Below are positions 7,831 to 18,035 of a stretch of 64,000 nucleotides of DNA, piece by piece. The stretch lies in contig OZ244252.1 in NCBI GenBank assembly GCA_965217185.1, positions 2,208,001 to 2,272,000 on the forward strand. Direction: 5' to 3'. The DNA comes from an uncultured Candidatus Entotheonella sp. (GTDB lineage Bacteria > Tectomicrobia > Entotheonellia > Entotheonellales > Entotheonellaceae). Each line of letters starts with the position of its first letter. Position 1 is the stretch's first letter. The notes below the pieces were generated by a model that worked only from the letters and a program-made list of their open reading frames with translations, made no database searches and was not told where the DNA came from. Made by a program: the position numbers and the translations under genes.

Positions 7831-8955
7831 TTGAAGATCACAGACATTACGGTGAATCAGTTGAAGAGCTTCTTGCCCAAGGAAGCGACCCCGTTCGTCG
7901 GCGCCGGCGGCCGGCTGATCGTGCGGGTGTACACCGACGAAGGCATCGTGGGCATCGCCGAGGGCTCCCGCAACCTGAGCGTATTCCGGGCCTACATCGA
8001 CGACCTTGTCAAGCCGCTGCTGGTTGGCGTTAATCCCTTGCAGCCCAAGCGCATCTGGGAACTGCTGGCGCAGGGCAGCGGGCAACACGCGACGCGGTTT
8101 CCGCCGCAGGTCGTCGGTGCCATAGACATTTGCTGCTGGGACATCCTGGGCAAAGCGGCCGGCCTTCCGGTGCATACGTTGCTCGGCGGCCTCAAGCGAC
8201 GCGAAATCCCTTTGTACTGGAGCCGCGGCAACGGTTGGAAGAAGGCGCCCGGCGCCATGCTGCAGGAAGTGCAGGAGGGGTTCGATAAGGGTTTCCGGGC
8301 CTTCAAGGTGCGCATGGATTGGCGGGACTATCGGCAGGACGGCAACCCGATGAAGGACTTCGCTATCTTCCGCACCTGCAGGGAATGGCTGCCCGACGAC
8401 GTGCCGCTGGGTTTCGACGCCAACAACGGCTATTCCGTCTCCACGGCAATCGAGCAGGGCCGCCGGTTGGAGTCATTTGGCGTGGCGCACTTCGAGGAGC
8501 CGCTGCCGCAATACGACCTGCGTGGCCTGCGGCAGGTGGTCGACGCGCTGGATTGCGCCGTGTCCACTGGTGAGCAGGAGACCTCGTCGTGGCGCTTCCG
8601 GGACCTGATGGACCTGGCGAATCCCGACATCCTGCAGCCGGACATTCTGAACGTCGGCGGCCTCACCGAAATGCTGCGGGTGTACGACATGGCGGTGGCC
8701 AGCAACAAGGTCATCATGCCGCACAGTCCCAACGTCGGCGTCAATTCGGCTGCCAGCCTGCACGCCTACGGCACCATCACCAACGCCGTCAGGCCGCACG
8801 AATTCTCAGAAGAATTCACCGGTCCCGCCGAGCGTGTTGCGGAACTGTTCGTGGAGCCGATCATTCCCGAAAACGGCGTCATCAAGCTGCCGGACAGGCC
8901 CGGATTTGGGCTGGAGTTTGACGACAAGGTTCTGGAAAAGGCGATTATTGCCTGA
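7831..8955 (+). CDS. Mandelate racemase/muconate lactonizing enzyme family protein
   Basis: TTG start after GAGGTG. VYTDEGIVGIAE, AIDICCWDILGK, KVR, DAN, EEP, GE, QPD, PDRPGFGLE. Confidence 0.9.
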   Translation: MKITDITVNQLKSFLPKEATPFVGAGGRLIVRVYTDEGIVGIAEGSRNLSVFRAYIDDLVKPLLVGVNPLQPKRIWELLAQGSGQHATRFPPQVVGAIDICCWDILGKAAGLPVHTLLGGLKRREIPLYWSRGNGWKKAPGAMLQEVQEGFDKGFRAFKVRMDWRDYRQDGNPMKDFAIFRTCREWLPDDVPLGFDANNGYSVSTAIEQGRRLESFGVAHFEEPLPQYDLRGLRQVVDALDCAVSTGEQETSSWRFRDLMDLANPDILQPDILNVGGLTEMLRVYDMAVASNKVIMPHSPNVGVNSAASLHAYGTITNAVRPHEFSEEFTGPAERVAELFVEPIIPENGVIKLPDRPGFGLEFDDKVLEKAIIA

Positions 8956-8967
8956 GCAGGATGCAGA

Positions 8968-9774
8968 TCAGGAGAGGGCGCCGAGGAAGCGCAGGGTTTC
9001 GTGGGCGCATTCTTCGCTGCGGGTCAGGAAGACGTGGTGGCTGGAATCATAGAACATGACCAGGCGGGCGTTGGGAATGGCTTCGCACATCGCCCGCGCG
9101 TCCTCCACCGGGACGATCGGCGACTGGCCGGGATGCAAAATGAGCGTCGGCACCGGCACTCGTGGGCACTTCGTTGACATGTCAATACTCGGTAGGAAGC
9201 GCGAGATGGCACGGATAACGTCAACATCCGTGCGCCCCACCAGATCGGCAAACCACTGAATCATCTGCTGGTCGTCTTTGTCGGGATCGAACCGTGTGGT
9301 GGTGTCGTACAGGTACCACTCCTTGACGGTCATTTGCTGGAGTTGTTTCGACCACTGCCGCACCTTGTCCTGCACCGCACCAGGATAGCGGTACGGCGTG
9401 GAGCACAGCGTCAGGCTGGCAAGGCGGTCTGGATAATCGAGGGCAAACTGAATCCCCACGTTCCCCCCCAGCGACTCACCTACCCAGTGAATGCGGCGGA
9501 CTGCCAGACGATCGAGCAGCAACTTGGCCTCGCGCGCCAGGGTCTCCAGGGACCACGGATAACCCACCCGCGGCGGTGCCGAGCGACCGTGCCCGCGGTA
9601 GTCCGTTCGCAGCACGCGATAGTGCCTTGCCAAGATGGGCACCCAGCCGTACCACACATCGACGGTGCGTCCCAGGCCGTGGTAGAGTAGCACCATTTCC
9701 GGCTCTTTCCAGGGGTCCGTGAAGTCGTCGATTTCGTAATACGTCAAATAACCGTCAATCTCACCGGTGAGCAT
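8968..9774 (-). CDS. Alpha/beta fold hydrolase
   Basis: HGLG, DYRGHGRS, GESLGG nucleophile elbow, C-terminal His. Confidence 0.88.
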   Translation of the reverse strand: MLTGEIDGYLTYYEIDDFTDPWKEPEMVLLYHGLGRTVDVWYGWVPILARHYRVLRTDYRGHGRSAPPRVGYPWSLETLAREAKLLLDRLAVRRIHWVGESLGGNVGIQFALDYPDRLASLTLCSTPYRYPGAVQDKVRQWSKQLQQMTVKEWYLYDTTTRFDPDKDDQQMIQWFADLVGRTDVDVIRAISRFLPSIDMSTKCPRVPVPTLILHPGQSPIVPVEDARAMCEAIPNARLVMFYDSSHHVFLTRSEECAHETLRFLGALS

Positions 9775-9911
9775 CGTTAACTCCTCCCGCCACCATCATT
9801 TTCTCGCCCGGCTCAGCGCATTATTTTTACGCCTTGGGGGCGAGTTGCGCAGGGGTGAGTTGTAGGGGAGATTGGCATCGTTGTCAAGTGCCGACAGAGG
9901 GAGAGCAGGTG

Positions 9912-10682
9912 ATGGATTTGTTTGATTTGCACGGTAAAGCGGCAATCGTGACCGGGGGCAACGGCGGCCTGGGACGCGGCATGGCGCTGGGTTTGGCGGC
10001 GGCCGGTGCGAACCTGGTGATCGCGGCTCGCAATCAGGCCAAGACGGCTGAAACGGCAGCGGAATTGCGGCAGATGTACGGCGTCGAAGTGCTGGAGGTA
10101 CAGGTCGACGTGTGCGACGAAACCTCCGTGCACGCCATGGTGGAGCAGACGCTGAATACATTCGGTCGGTTGAATATCCTGATCAACAACGCGGGCACCA
10201 ACATCCGCAGGCCGCCCGAAGAGCTGAGCATGGACGATTGGCGCACCATCATGGACACCAACCTGACCAGCACCTTCCTCTGCTCGCAGGCCGTGTACGA
10301 CGCAATGGTGCAGGGCGGCGGCGGCAAGATCATCAACAATGGCTCGATGTTTTCCATCTTCGGCGGCAGCCACGTGCTGGCGTACGGTGCCAGCAAGGGC
10401 GGCGTGGTGCAGTTCACCAAGAGCCTGGCGGTGGCATGGGCCAAGGACAACATCCAGGTGAACGCCATCCTGCCGGGCTGGCTGTACACCACGCTGACCA
10501 ATCAGGCCATCCAGGACCTACCCGGCTTGCACGAGCGGGTGCTGTCGCGCAGCCCGCAAGCCCGCTGGGGCGAGCCGGAGGACTTGGCGGGGGTGGCGGT
10601 GTTTCTGGCCAGCAAGGCATCGGATTTCGTTACCGGCGTGGCGCTGCCGGTGGACGGCGGCTATTCGGTCATGGCGCCGTAA
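9912..10682 (+). CDS. Short-chain dehydrogenase/reductase (KduD/gluconate 5-dehydrogenase-like)
   Basis: TGGNGGLG, NNAG, YGASK, VDGGY. Confidence 0.9.
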   Translation: MDLFDLHGKAAIVTGGNGGLGRGMALGLAAAGANLVIAARNQAKTAETAAELRQMYGVEVLEVQVDVCDETSVHAMVEQTLNTFGRLNILINNAGTNIRRPPEELSMDDWRTIMDTNLTSTFLCSQAVYDAMVQGGGGKIINNGSMFSIFGGSHVLAYGASKGGVVQFTKSLAVAWAKDNIQVNAILPGWLYTTLTNQAIQDLPGLHERVLSRSPQARWGEPEDLAGVAVFLASKASDFVTGVALPVDGGYSVMAP

Positions 10683-10692
10683 GGCGGGCGGT

Positions 10693-11286
10693 TCAGGCGC
10701 GGGTCAGGCCCTGCAGGGCGATTTTGGTAAACACGTCCGCAACTTCCTGAGGTGAAAGCCGTCCGGCAGGGTTGTACCAGCGGTAGGCCCAGTTGCACAT
10801 GCCGAGGAGAGCGTAGCCGGCCATGGTGACATCGACGCCGTCGCGTATTTCCCCGGCGGCGATGCCCTGGCGCAGCAGGGTGTCCCATAGGCGCTGATAC
10901 TGCTTGGGGGTCTCGATGACATTCTGTTCCAGCTTGTCCATGAGGTGCCGGTAGTCGTGCAGGTACACGGCGATGTGCGGGTAATGCACATGGAACACTG
11001 TCATGTGGTTGGCAATAGCCTGGGCGATCTTCTCGGTGAACGGCAGGTCGGCGGCGACAATGGCTTCGAGTTCGCTGTACACCTCGCGGATGGGGTCGCG
11101 GACAACCAGATAGAGCAACTCTTCCTTACTGCGGATGTAGTAATACAGGCTGCCCTTGAGCATCCCCACGGCGGCGGCGATGTCTTCCAGGGTGGTCGCC
11201 CGATACCCCTTCTCCTTGAACAATCGGGCGGCCGTGGCGACGATGTCGCGCTCGCGCGAAGCCGATTCGTTTTTCGCTTTGCTCAT
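10693..11286 (-). CDS. TetR/AcrR-family regulator (KstR2-like)
   Basis: AARLFKEKGYRATTLEDIA...KGSLYYY..SKEELL; C-terminal W.YRWYNP.G.LS. Confidence 0.92.
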   Translation of the reverse strand: MSKAKNESASRERDIVATAARLFKEKGYRATTLEDIAAAVGMLKGSLYYYIRSKEELLYLVVRDPIREVYSELEAIVAADLPFTEKIAQAIANHMTVFHVHYPHIAVYLHDYRHLMDKLEQNVIETPKQYQRLWDTLLRQGIAAGEIRDGVDVTMAGYALLGMCNWAYRWYNPAGRLSPQEVADVFTKIALQGLTRA

Positions 11287-11369
11287 GGCTGTGCACGCCC
11301 CTCACGCGGTTGTCGGTTACGGCGTACATTCGCATAGGGCTTGGCTGCGACGCAACCTTTTCCGAGGGA

Positions 11370-12218
11370 TCAACCCAGGGTATAGGGCCAAATACTACTC
11401 AGCAGCATCCAGGCCAGGACGAGTCCCGTCGCCGCCATGCAGACAGCAGCCAGCATCGTATGCCAGGGTTGCTCGTCGCTGCGTTCGCGGTAGCCCACCA
11501 AAAAGCCGAGCAGGGCGCCTGCCACCATGCCGCCGCCGTGCCCCCAGTTGTTGATGCCGGGAATCAGCAGCCCAATGACGAAAATGCCGATTGCCCAGCC
11601 GCCGATCTGGCGGTAAATGGCCTCTCCGAACAACCCGCCGCGGCTCTTGCCGTAATACAGCGTTGCCCCGATCAACCCGCACAACGCCGCCGAGGCACCG
11701 ATGGTGAACGGAACACCCGCCACGTACGACACCCAGAAACCGGCGACGCCGGTCAGCGTGTAGAGCACGATCAGACGGTTGATGCCGTAGAGATGCCCCA
11801 CCAAGGGTATGAGCTGCCGCAATGCGAGCATGTTGAAAAGGATGTGCAGAATGCCGCCATGCAGGTAGTTGGCCGACAACAGCGTCCACCAGCGTTGCAG
11901 GTGATCGATGGGGATGGTGCCGGTGGCGCCAAGTTGTAACAGGCTCTGGTCGCTTGGCGACAGCGTGGTCAGCAGGTCGAACGAGACCTGGAAAGAGCGC
12001 GGAGAAACCAGCAACGAGATGACGTACATACCGGCGTTGATGCCGATGAGAACTTTGACCACCTGATTAGGGTCGTGCAGCCATCCCCGCAGGGTGAGGC
12101 GCTTCCACCAAGAGCCCGGTCGCTGCATGCCGCAGTGTGGGCAGAATGGCGCTTCCCTATTCAGCAGTTTGCGGCAACCAGGGCACAGCATCGACGGGCT
12201 TTGGCGCTGGCTCATCAT
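11370..12218 (-). CDS. Rhomboid intramembrane serine protease with N-terminal zinc ribbon
   Basis: CPGC..CPHC, LHGGILHILFNM, GAS, NNWGHGGG. Confidence 0.9.
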   Translation of the reverse strand: MMSQRQSPSMLCPGCRKLLNREAPFCPHCGMQRPGSWWKRLTLRGWLHDPNQVVKVLIGINAGMYVISLLVSPRSFQVSFDLLTTLSPSDQSLLQLGATGTIPIDHLQRWWTLLSANYLHGGILHILFNMLALRQLIPLVGHLYGINRLIVLYTLTGVAGFWVSYVAGVPFTIGASAALCGLIGATLYYGKSRGGLFGEAIYRQIGGWAIGIFVIGLLIPGINNWGHGGGMVAGALLGFLVGYRERSDEQPWHTMLAAVCMAATGLVLAWMLLSSIWPYTLG

Positions 12219-12268
12219 CTCCCTCGTAATGGTGGATTATGGGTCGGAAAGACGGCAGGGGTCGCGGA

Positions 12269-14191
12269 TCAGTGCGCTTCCAGGTACGTATAACTGGCCA
12301 GCCCGGATTCGTAGATGCCTAACAGATGGCGGGACGCCTCAAGGGGCATGCGCCCGGCCCGCAGGGCACGTTCGATCGACCGGCGCAAGCGGGCAACAAG
12401 GTCGTCGCGGGAATAGTTGGCGTAGTTCAGCACGTCCGTCACCGTATCGCCGGCCACGACGTGATCCAGATGATACTCGCCGTTGGGGCCGATGAAGACG
12501 TGCACCGTGTTGGTGTCGCCGAACAGGTTGTGCAGGTCGCCGAGAATTTCCTGATAAGCGCCGACCAGAAAGAAGCCGAGGTAATAATCTTCGCCTGTGG
12601 GGGAGTGCAATCGGATCACCTGTTTTACGTCGCGTCGGTCAATAAACTCGTCGATTTTGCCGTCCGAGTCGCACGTGATGTCCGCCAGCACGGCGCGGCG
12701 CGTGGGCTCTTCCTGCAGGCGGTGAATGGGCATGATGGGGAAGAGTTGCTTGACCGCCCAGAAGTCGGGGATCGACTGAAACAGCGAGAAATTGCAGAAG
12801 TACGTATCCGCCAGCAGCCGCTCCAAGGCCTCGAGTTCCTCGGGGATTTCGTCCGTGTCGCGGATGAAGCGCAGGATCCTCTGGCAGATGCCCCAGAAAT
12901 ACTCCTCCGCCAGCACCCGCTGCTGCAGTTGCAAGTGACCGAGGGCGAACAGGGTCAGCGTCTCGTCCTTGTATTGCAGGGCGTCGTGGTAGGCTTCCAG
13001 CAAATTCTTGCGGGTCAATTCGCGGTACGTGTCGTACATGTTCCACACCACGGCTGCGGCGTCCTTCGGCGGCTCGCTGGCCGGCGAGCCGGTGCCGAAT
13101 TCACTGACCCCGAGGATGTCGGTGACCAGCACGCAATGATGCGCCACCGTGGCGCGGCCGGATTCGCTGACCAGAATCGGGGTCGACACCGAGGCTTCCT
13201 CGCACATTTCCAGGACGGCGTAGACCACGTCGTTGGCGTATTCCTGAAGGGTGTAGTTGATGGAGGAATGAAAGTTCGTCTGCGAGCCGTCGTAATCGAC
13301 CCCGAGGCCGCCGCCGACGTCGAGGTAGCGCAGCGGCACGCCCATTCTGACCAACTCGCAGTAAAAACGGCCGGCTTCCCGCAGGCCGTCCTTGATGTTG
13401 CGAATGTTTGAGATCTGGCTGCCCAGGTGGAAGTGAAGCAATTCAAACGTGTCAAGAAGATCGTGCTGGCGCAGCAGGTCGATGGATTCCAGCAGCTCGC
13501 GCGCCGAAAGGCCGAATTTGGAATGATCCCCGCCCGACGCCTCCCAGCGGCCGCTGCCGCGGGTCGACAACCGCAGACGCACGCCGATGCGGGGGCGAAC
13601 GTTCGTTTTCGCGGCAAGGCGGGCGATCAGGGGCAATTCGCTGAGCTTTTCCACCACCAGAATGATGGTGCGGCCCATGGTGCTGCCGAGCAGGGCGGTT
13701 TCGACGTATTCCTTGTCCTTATAGCCATTGCAAATGATCAGGGCTTCCTCGTCTTCCAGCATAGCCAACACGGCCAGCAGCTCCGGCTTCGAGCCCGCTT
13801 CGAGGCCGTGGTGATAGGGCCGCCCGAAGCGCACCACCTCTTCGACCACTTGGCGCTGCGGGTTGACCTTCACCGGATACACGCCGCGGTACGTGCCCTG
13901 ATACCCATATTCTTCAATAGCGTTCTGAAAGGCGTGGTTGAGCTCGTCGATGCGGCTGCGCAGGAGGTCTGAGAAGCGTAGCAGGAGCGGCAGTCCGACG
14001 CCGCGCTGCCGAACCTCATCGACCAGGGCTTTCAAATCAATGGTGTGACCCGCCTGGTCCGGCGGCGTTACCAATACGTGGCCGGCGTCGCTGATGCAGA
14101 AGTGGCCCTTTCCCCAATCGTCGATACCATAGGTCTCGACCGCATCAGCCACCGACCAGGGCCTGGGAAGGGTCCCCGCTGTTTTTGACAT
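12269..14191 (-). CDS. speA: Biosynthetic arginine decarboxylase
   Basis: VYPVKVN, EAGSKPEL, CNGYKD, HFHLGSQI, DVGGGLGVDYDGS, DITCDSDGKID. Confidence 0.97.
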   Translation of the reverse strand: MSKTAGTLPRPWSVADAVETYGIDDWGKGHFCISDAGHVLVTPPDQAGHTIDLKALVDEVRQRGVGLPLLLRFSDLLRSRIDELNHAFQNAIEEYGYQGTYRGVYPVKVNPQRQVVEEVVRFGRPYHHGLEAGSKPELLAVLAMLEDEEALIICNGYKDKEYVETALLGSTMGRTIILVVEKLSELPLIARLAAKTNVRPRIGVRLRLSTRGSGRWEASGGDHSKFGLSARELLESIDLLRQHDLLDTFELLHFHLGSQISNIRNIKDGLREAGRFYCELVRMGVPLRYLDVGGGLGVDYDGSQTNFHSSINYTLQEYANDVVYAVLEMCEEASVSTPILVSESGRATVAHHCVLVTDILGVSEFGTGSPASEPPKDAAAVVWNMYDTYRELTRKNLLEAYHDALQYKDETLTLFALGHLQLQQRVLAEEYFWGICQRILRFIRDTDEIPEELEALERLLADTYFCNFSLFQSIPDFWAVKQLFPIMPIHRLQEEPTRRAVLADITCDSDGKIDEFIDRRDVKQVIRLHSPTGEDYYLGFFLVGAYQEILGDLHNLFGDTNTVHVFIGPNGEYHLDHVVAGDTVTDVLNYANYSRDDLVARLRRSIERALRAGRMPLEASRHLLGIYESGLASYTYLEAH

Positions 14192-14518
14192 GCAGTCAAC
14201 TCCTTCTGCCGCCGATACGCCGTGCAGCGGCGGGCAGGCTCGTCAGGGAAAGGCAGGGGTCGGGCATCGACCGGAAAACACACTACGTAGCTGGTTCATG
14301 GACGGCGGAATGGTAGCATGTTCAATAACAAAGCGCATGGCCGGGGGCAGCACGCCGAGCATGAAAGGGTTCCGAAACGGCGCCCCGCGGCCGGGTGAAG
14401 AGGGTTGAATCCCGCCGGAGCCGCGTTTACATTGGTGCCCCCGAGGGCGGCGATACGGCCTTTATCCCCAAACCGAGCCTCCTCCCGCCATAACCTCTGC
14501 TGAGACAGGAACATAGCC

Positions 14519-15178
14519 ATGGCCGATATCCCGGGAGACGATCCGATTTTCGAAGATCGATCACAGTTGCCTGATCCGCTGCCCATTTTCCCCTTGCCCA
14601 ACGTCGTCTTGATGCCCAACGCCAGCTTGCCCCTGTACATTTTTGAAGAGCGCTACAAGGAGATGGTGCGGGATTGCCTGGAGGGCCAGCCGTATTTGTC
14701 GGTGGCAATGCTTCAAAAGGGCTGGGAGCAGCAGTCGGGAACGCCGCGGCCCTATCCCATTGCGGGATTCGGACGCATCACGCGGGCGGTGCGGCGCCCC
14801 AACGACTGCATGGACATCGTTATCCAAGGCATGGGACGTATCGAGATGCTCGATTTCCACGAGGACCGCGCGTACTTGCGCGCCTCGGTGCGGACACTGA
14901 ACCCTGATTTGGCGAACCAGGCGCTGCTGACCCAGCAGGCTGATGCCATGCGGCAGCAGTTTATCGACCTGCTGGACCGCAAGGGTGTCGCCACCGACCA
15001 GATTCGCACTCAGTTGAAGCTGCTTGCCAGTCCGATCGACATGGTCTTCTTCGTCGCCTCACACCTGCCCCTTGACCCGCATGCGCAGCAGGAGGTGCTG
15101 CAAACGCTGTCGGTCGAGGAGCAGATCGCGCGGCTCACCCGCGTGTTGGGCATGATGCGGGGCGCGAAACTCAATTAA
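14519..15178 (+). CDS. Stand-alone Lon N-terminal (substrate-binding) domain protein
   Basis: LPIFPLPNVVL.P...LPLYIFEERYKEMV; no ATPase or protease domain. Confidence 0.88.
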   Translation: MADIPGDDPIFEDRSQLPDPLPIFPLPNVVLMPNASLPLYIFEERYKEMVRDCLEGQPYLSVAMLQKGWEQQSGTPRPYPIAGFGRITRAVRRPNDCMDIVIQGMGRIEMLDFHEDRAYLRASVRTLNPDLANQALLTQQADAMRQQFIDLLDRKGVATDQIRTQLKLLASPIDMVFFVASHLPLDPHAQQEVLQTLSVEEQIARLTRVLGMMRGAKLN

Positions 15179-15199
15179 AACAGGCGGGGAGGGGAAGCG

Positions 15200-16510
15200 T
15201 CAGTCTGTGGGTAGGCAGCGGTGGGTGAACGGCTTGGCTTGCGGCCCAACATAGTCCGCTACCACGTGGCCGCGTCCGCTGAGGCGGTATTTGTAGAGCA
15301 CCAGCCCCTCCAGCCCGACCGGGCCGCGTGCGTGGGTTTTGTTGGTGCTGATGCCGATCTCGGCACCCTTGCCAAAGCGGAAGCCGTCGGCAAAACGGGT
15401 GGAGGCGTTGTGCATGACGGTGGCGGCGTCAACACCGTCGAGGAAGCGTTCGGCGGCTTGCCGATCCTCCGTGACGATGGTGTCGGTGTGGCCCGATCCG
15501 TGGCGATTGACGTGGGCAATCGCCGTTTCCAGATCGTCCACCAGGCGGACCGAGACGATCAGGTCAAGGTACTCGGTATCCCAGTCGACTTCCTTTGCCG
15601 GCACGATGTTCGGCAGCAGCGCCCGCGTGGCGTCGCAGCCGCGCATTTCGACACCTGCCTGCTTGTAAGCCTTGGCCAGCAGGGGCAGGAAGGTCGGCGC
15701 AATCTGCCGATGCACCAACACCGTTTCGATGGCGTTGCACACCGCTGGATACTGCACCTTGGCGTCGTAGCAGACGGCGACGGCCTGTGCAAGGTCGGCG
15801 TGTTGGTCCACGTAGGCGTGGCAGATGCCGTCGGCGTGCCCGAGCACCGGCACGCGGGTGTTATCCTGGATGTAGCGCACGAAGTCGTTGCTGCCGCGCG
15901 GCACGAACAGGTCGATGTGGTCCTCAAGTTGCAGCAGGGCGCGCACGTCCTCACGTGTTTCGATCATTTGTACCGCGTCTGCCAGATCGGGGTCGACAGC
16001 GTCGACGGCTCGGCGCAGCAGATTCACGAGCACCCGATTGGATTCCTGTGCCTCGGTGCCGCCTTTCAGGATGACCGCATTGCCGGACTTCCAGCACAGT
16101 GAGGCGATTTGCGGCACCGCGTCCGGGCGCGACTCGAAAATCGCCCCGATAACGCCGATGGGGCAACTCATCTGCCGCAATTCCAGCCTGTCATCCAGTT
16201 CCACCGCCGACAGCGTCTGGCCCACCGGGTCGGGCAATTGCGCGACGCTTTCCACCCCTTGCGCCATGCCCAGCACCTTGTCTTTGCTCAGCTTCAGGCG
16301 GTCCAGGAGCGGTTTCGACAACGCCCCGTTCGCCACCAGCTCGGTGGCGCGCTGTACGTCTTGTTGATTAGCCGCCAGAATGTCCGCGCGCCGGTCCCGC
16401 AACAAGTCCGCCATCCCCTGCAAGGCGCGATTCTTCACTTGCGTCGACAGGCCGGCAAGCCTTAGCGCGGCGTCCTTGGCGCGTCCGGCGGTTTCCTCTA
16501 TGGGATTCAC
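15200..16510 (-). CDS. proA: Gamma-glutamyl phosphate reductase
   Basis: PIGVIGAIFESRP, CNAIET, NASTRFADG..FG.GAEIGIST...HARGPVGLEGL. GTG start after AAGGA. Confidence 0.96.
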   Translation of the reverse strand: MNPIEETAGRAKDAALRLAGLSTQVKNRALQGMADLLRDRRADILAANQQDVQRATELVANGALSKPLLDRLKLSKDKVLGMAQGVESVAQLPDPVGQTLSAVELDDRLELRQMSCPIGVIGAIFESRPDAVPQIASLCWKSGNAVILKGGTEAQESNRVLVNLLRRAVDAVDPDLADAVQMIETREDVRALLQLEDHIDLFVPRGSNDFVRYIQDNTRVPVLGHADGICHAYVDQHADLAQAVAVCYDAKVQYPAVCNAIETVLVHRQIAPTFLPLLAKAYKQAGVEMRGCDATRALLPNIVPAKEVDWDTEYLDLIVSVRLVDDLETAIAHVNRHGSGHTDTIVTEDRQAAERFLDGVDAATVMHNASTRFADGFRFGKGAEIGISTNKTHARGPVGLEGLVLYKYRLSGRGHVVADYVGPQAKPFTHRCLPTD

Positions 16511-16563
16511 GACAATTTCCTTATCAATCAGCCAACCTAAACGGGGGGTCAAGAGCGGCATGG

Positions 16564-17073
16564 CTACCGGTCCGGGCAATGGTCCTCATTCGCGGCGATG
16601 GGGATTTGGCCCTTTACCATGCGGAAGCTCATGACCTCAGCCATGTTTGCCCTGACGCCGCAGTACAGGCCAATGGGATGCAGCGCGAGGCAAATGCGAT
16701 CCTCGTCATGCGTCGGGGTGTCCTCATTCAAGCGAACGTCGTTCGATATCCAATCGCTCACCTTGCCACCCAATTCAATGCCGAGCCCGCAGATTTCCGT
16801 GAAGTCGTCCTTGCCTGCCAGTGCTTTGCCGCTGATATCGATGTCGGCGGGCCGCCCGGTTGCCGTAAATTTGGCCCCGTGCCGGCAGACCAGGGGAAAC
16901 CAGCCGCCGATGCTTGCCTTGCCGTCTTCGGCCGTTTGCCCGTGGGGCTCGATCGTCAGCACTGCGATGCGCAGGCAGTGGTGCTGTGCTGCGGCAGCGG
17001 GTGCCGTGTTCAGCGGATCAATCACTATCACGGCCAGCGTCGCCAGAAACATCAACGCCGTCATCCTGCTCAT
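16564..17073 (-). CDS. Hypothetical secreted protein with six Cys
   Basis: AGAGGT RBS, signal-peptide-like N-terminus; no family recognised. Confidence 0.6.
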   Translation of the reverse strand: MSRMTALMFLATLAVIVIDPLNTAPAAAAQHHCLRIAVLTIEPHGQTAEDGKASIGGWFPLVCRHGAKFTATGRPADIDISGKALAGKDDFTEICGLGIELGGKVSDWISNDVRLNEDTPTHDEDRICLALHPIGLYCGVRANMAEVMSFRMVKGQIPIAANEDHCPDR

Positions 17074-17118
17074 GTTTACCTCTTTGTATGGGGTGAGGAC
17101 ACCGCCCGTCAGCGCTGC

Positions 17119-17625
17119 TTAACGGTTATACCGATCGGTGGTTCCAGACGGCTGATTCTGTTCGCGGATGAGGTCGAGGGCTTCCTGTAGCGCCTTCAGG
17201 CGTTCTTCCTGCGAGGCCCGGCGGGTGGAGACCAATAGCACCTGCAGCGGGAATCCCCTGAAGCCTTGCGAGGCGGCCTGACCGTTGCTGTCGGTCACCT
17301 CGATATAGTATTCCAGTCCCGAACCGGCCAACAGCCAGTCGGGCACCACGGCTTGGTACCGCTCACCCTCGACGTGTGACATCGGCAGGGCCATGAAGTC
17401 GCCGCGGCCCGCAGAGCGGCAAAAGACTTGCGCCTTGCGGACGCCGGCCGCGGCGGTAATTGTGGCTTCGATGGGCAGCGGCTTGCCGCGTGCCTGAGGC
17501 CGGGAGAAGCCCTGGTGGGTGATGGAAAGCGCTCCGTTCTGCTGCCCCTGAATCACGGTGGCAAACAACAGAACGGAAAGCCCCAGGAAGACCATCCAGC
17601 CGCCGATTTTAGGTTGCCGAAACAT
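17119..17625 (-). CDS. Hypothetical exported protein, Ig-like beta-sandwich
   Basis: AAGGGAG RBS; hydrophobic leader; ITH...IEATIT...Y.AVVP...LEYYIEVTD pattern. Confidence 0.65.
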   Translation of the reverse strand: MFRQPKIGGWMVFLGLSVLLFATVIQGQQNGALSITHQGFSRPQARGKPLPIEATITAAAGVRKAQVFCRSAGRGDFMALPMSHVEGERYQAVVPDWLLAGSGLEYYIEVTDSNGQAASQGFRGFPLQVLLVSTRRASQEERLKALQEALDLIREQNQPSGTTDRYNR

Positions 17626-17668
17626 GCTCGCACTCCCTTGCACAAACGGGTGCTGGGAAATCAGCCCA

Positions 17669-17709
17669 GAAGCCACGGAAGCCACGGAAGCCACGGAAGC
17701 CACGGAAGC
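17669..17709. repeat. 9-bp tandem repeat (GAAGCCACG) x4.5
   Basis: Perfect copies read directly, in a divergent intergenic region. Confidence 0.95.
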
Positions 17710-17757
17710 GGCATGTTACCCTTCGCTATCGGGCCGTGTCCAGCGCCTACTTGCAAC

Positions 17758-17786
17758 TTGACAGCCCATATACCCGCACGCATAAT
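17758..17786 (+). promoter_or_regulatory. Sigma-70 promoter of gltBD
   Basis: TTGACA-N17-CATAAT. Confidence 0.75.
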
Positions 17787-18035
17787 ACTGCGCTTAATTT
17801 GATCCCTCTATTGCCACGTTAATCGCAAGCCCCGGCCTCCCATGCATGAGAGGTTCGGCCAGCCAAATTCCATCCTTACTGACGAGGGCGTAAGACGTAT
17901 CGAATCTGAGGCCAGCCAGTATGGCCTTGCAAGCCCGCCTGAGTAGGTGGTTCCCAATCCCATTACACGCGCCATCTAGCGCTACGAACGCTCCCGCTGG
18001 TCCGTAGCGTTGCCGTGCCGAAGAAGGGCAACCCC

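Larger units (their letters stand above)
6390..7885. repeat. Tandem duplication of about 0.72-0.77 kb (copy 1 about 6390-7110, copy 2 about 7111-7885)
   Basis: The end of the EEP gene, the CxxCH gene, its upstream region and the first codons of the enolase-family gene all occur twice; offset 717 nt over the CDS. Confidence 0.95.

Noticed and set aside
14192..14518. Possible riboswitch upstream of speA
   Set aside because: No recognisable aptamer consensus; consistent with an ordinary divergent promoter region.
17876..17910. CTGACGAG...CGAAT resembling a hammerhead ribozyme core
   Set aside because: Lacks the invariant GAAA, and I could not build convincing stems I and III.
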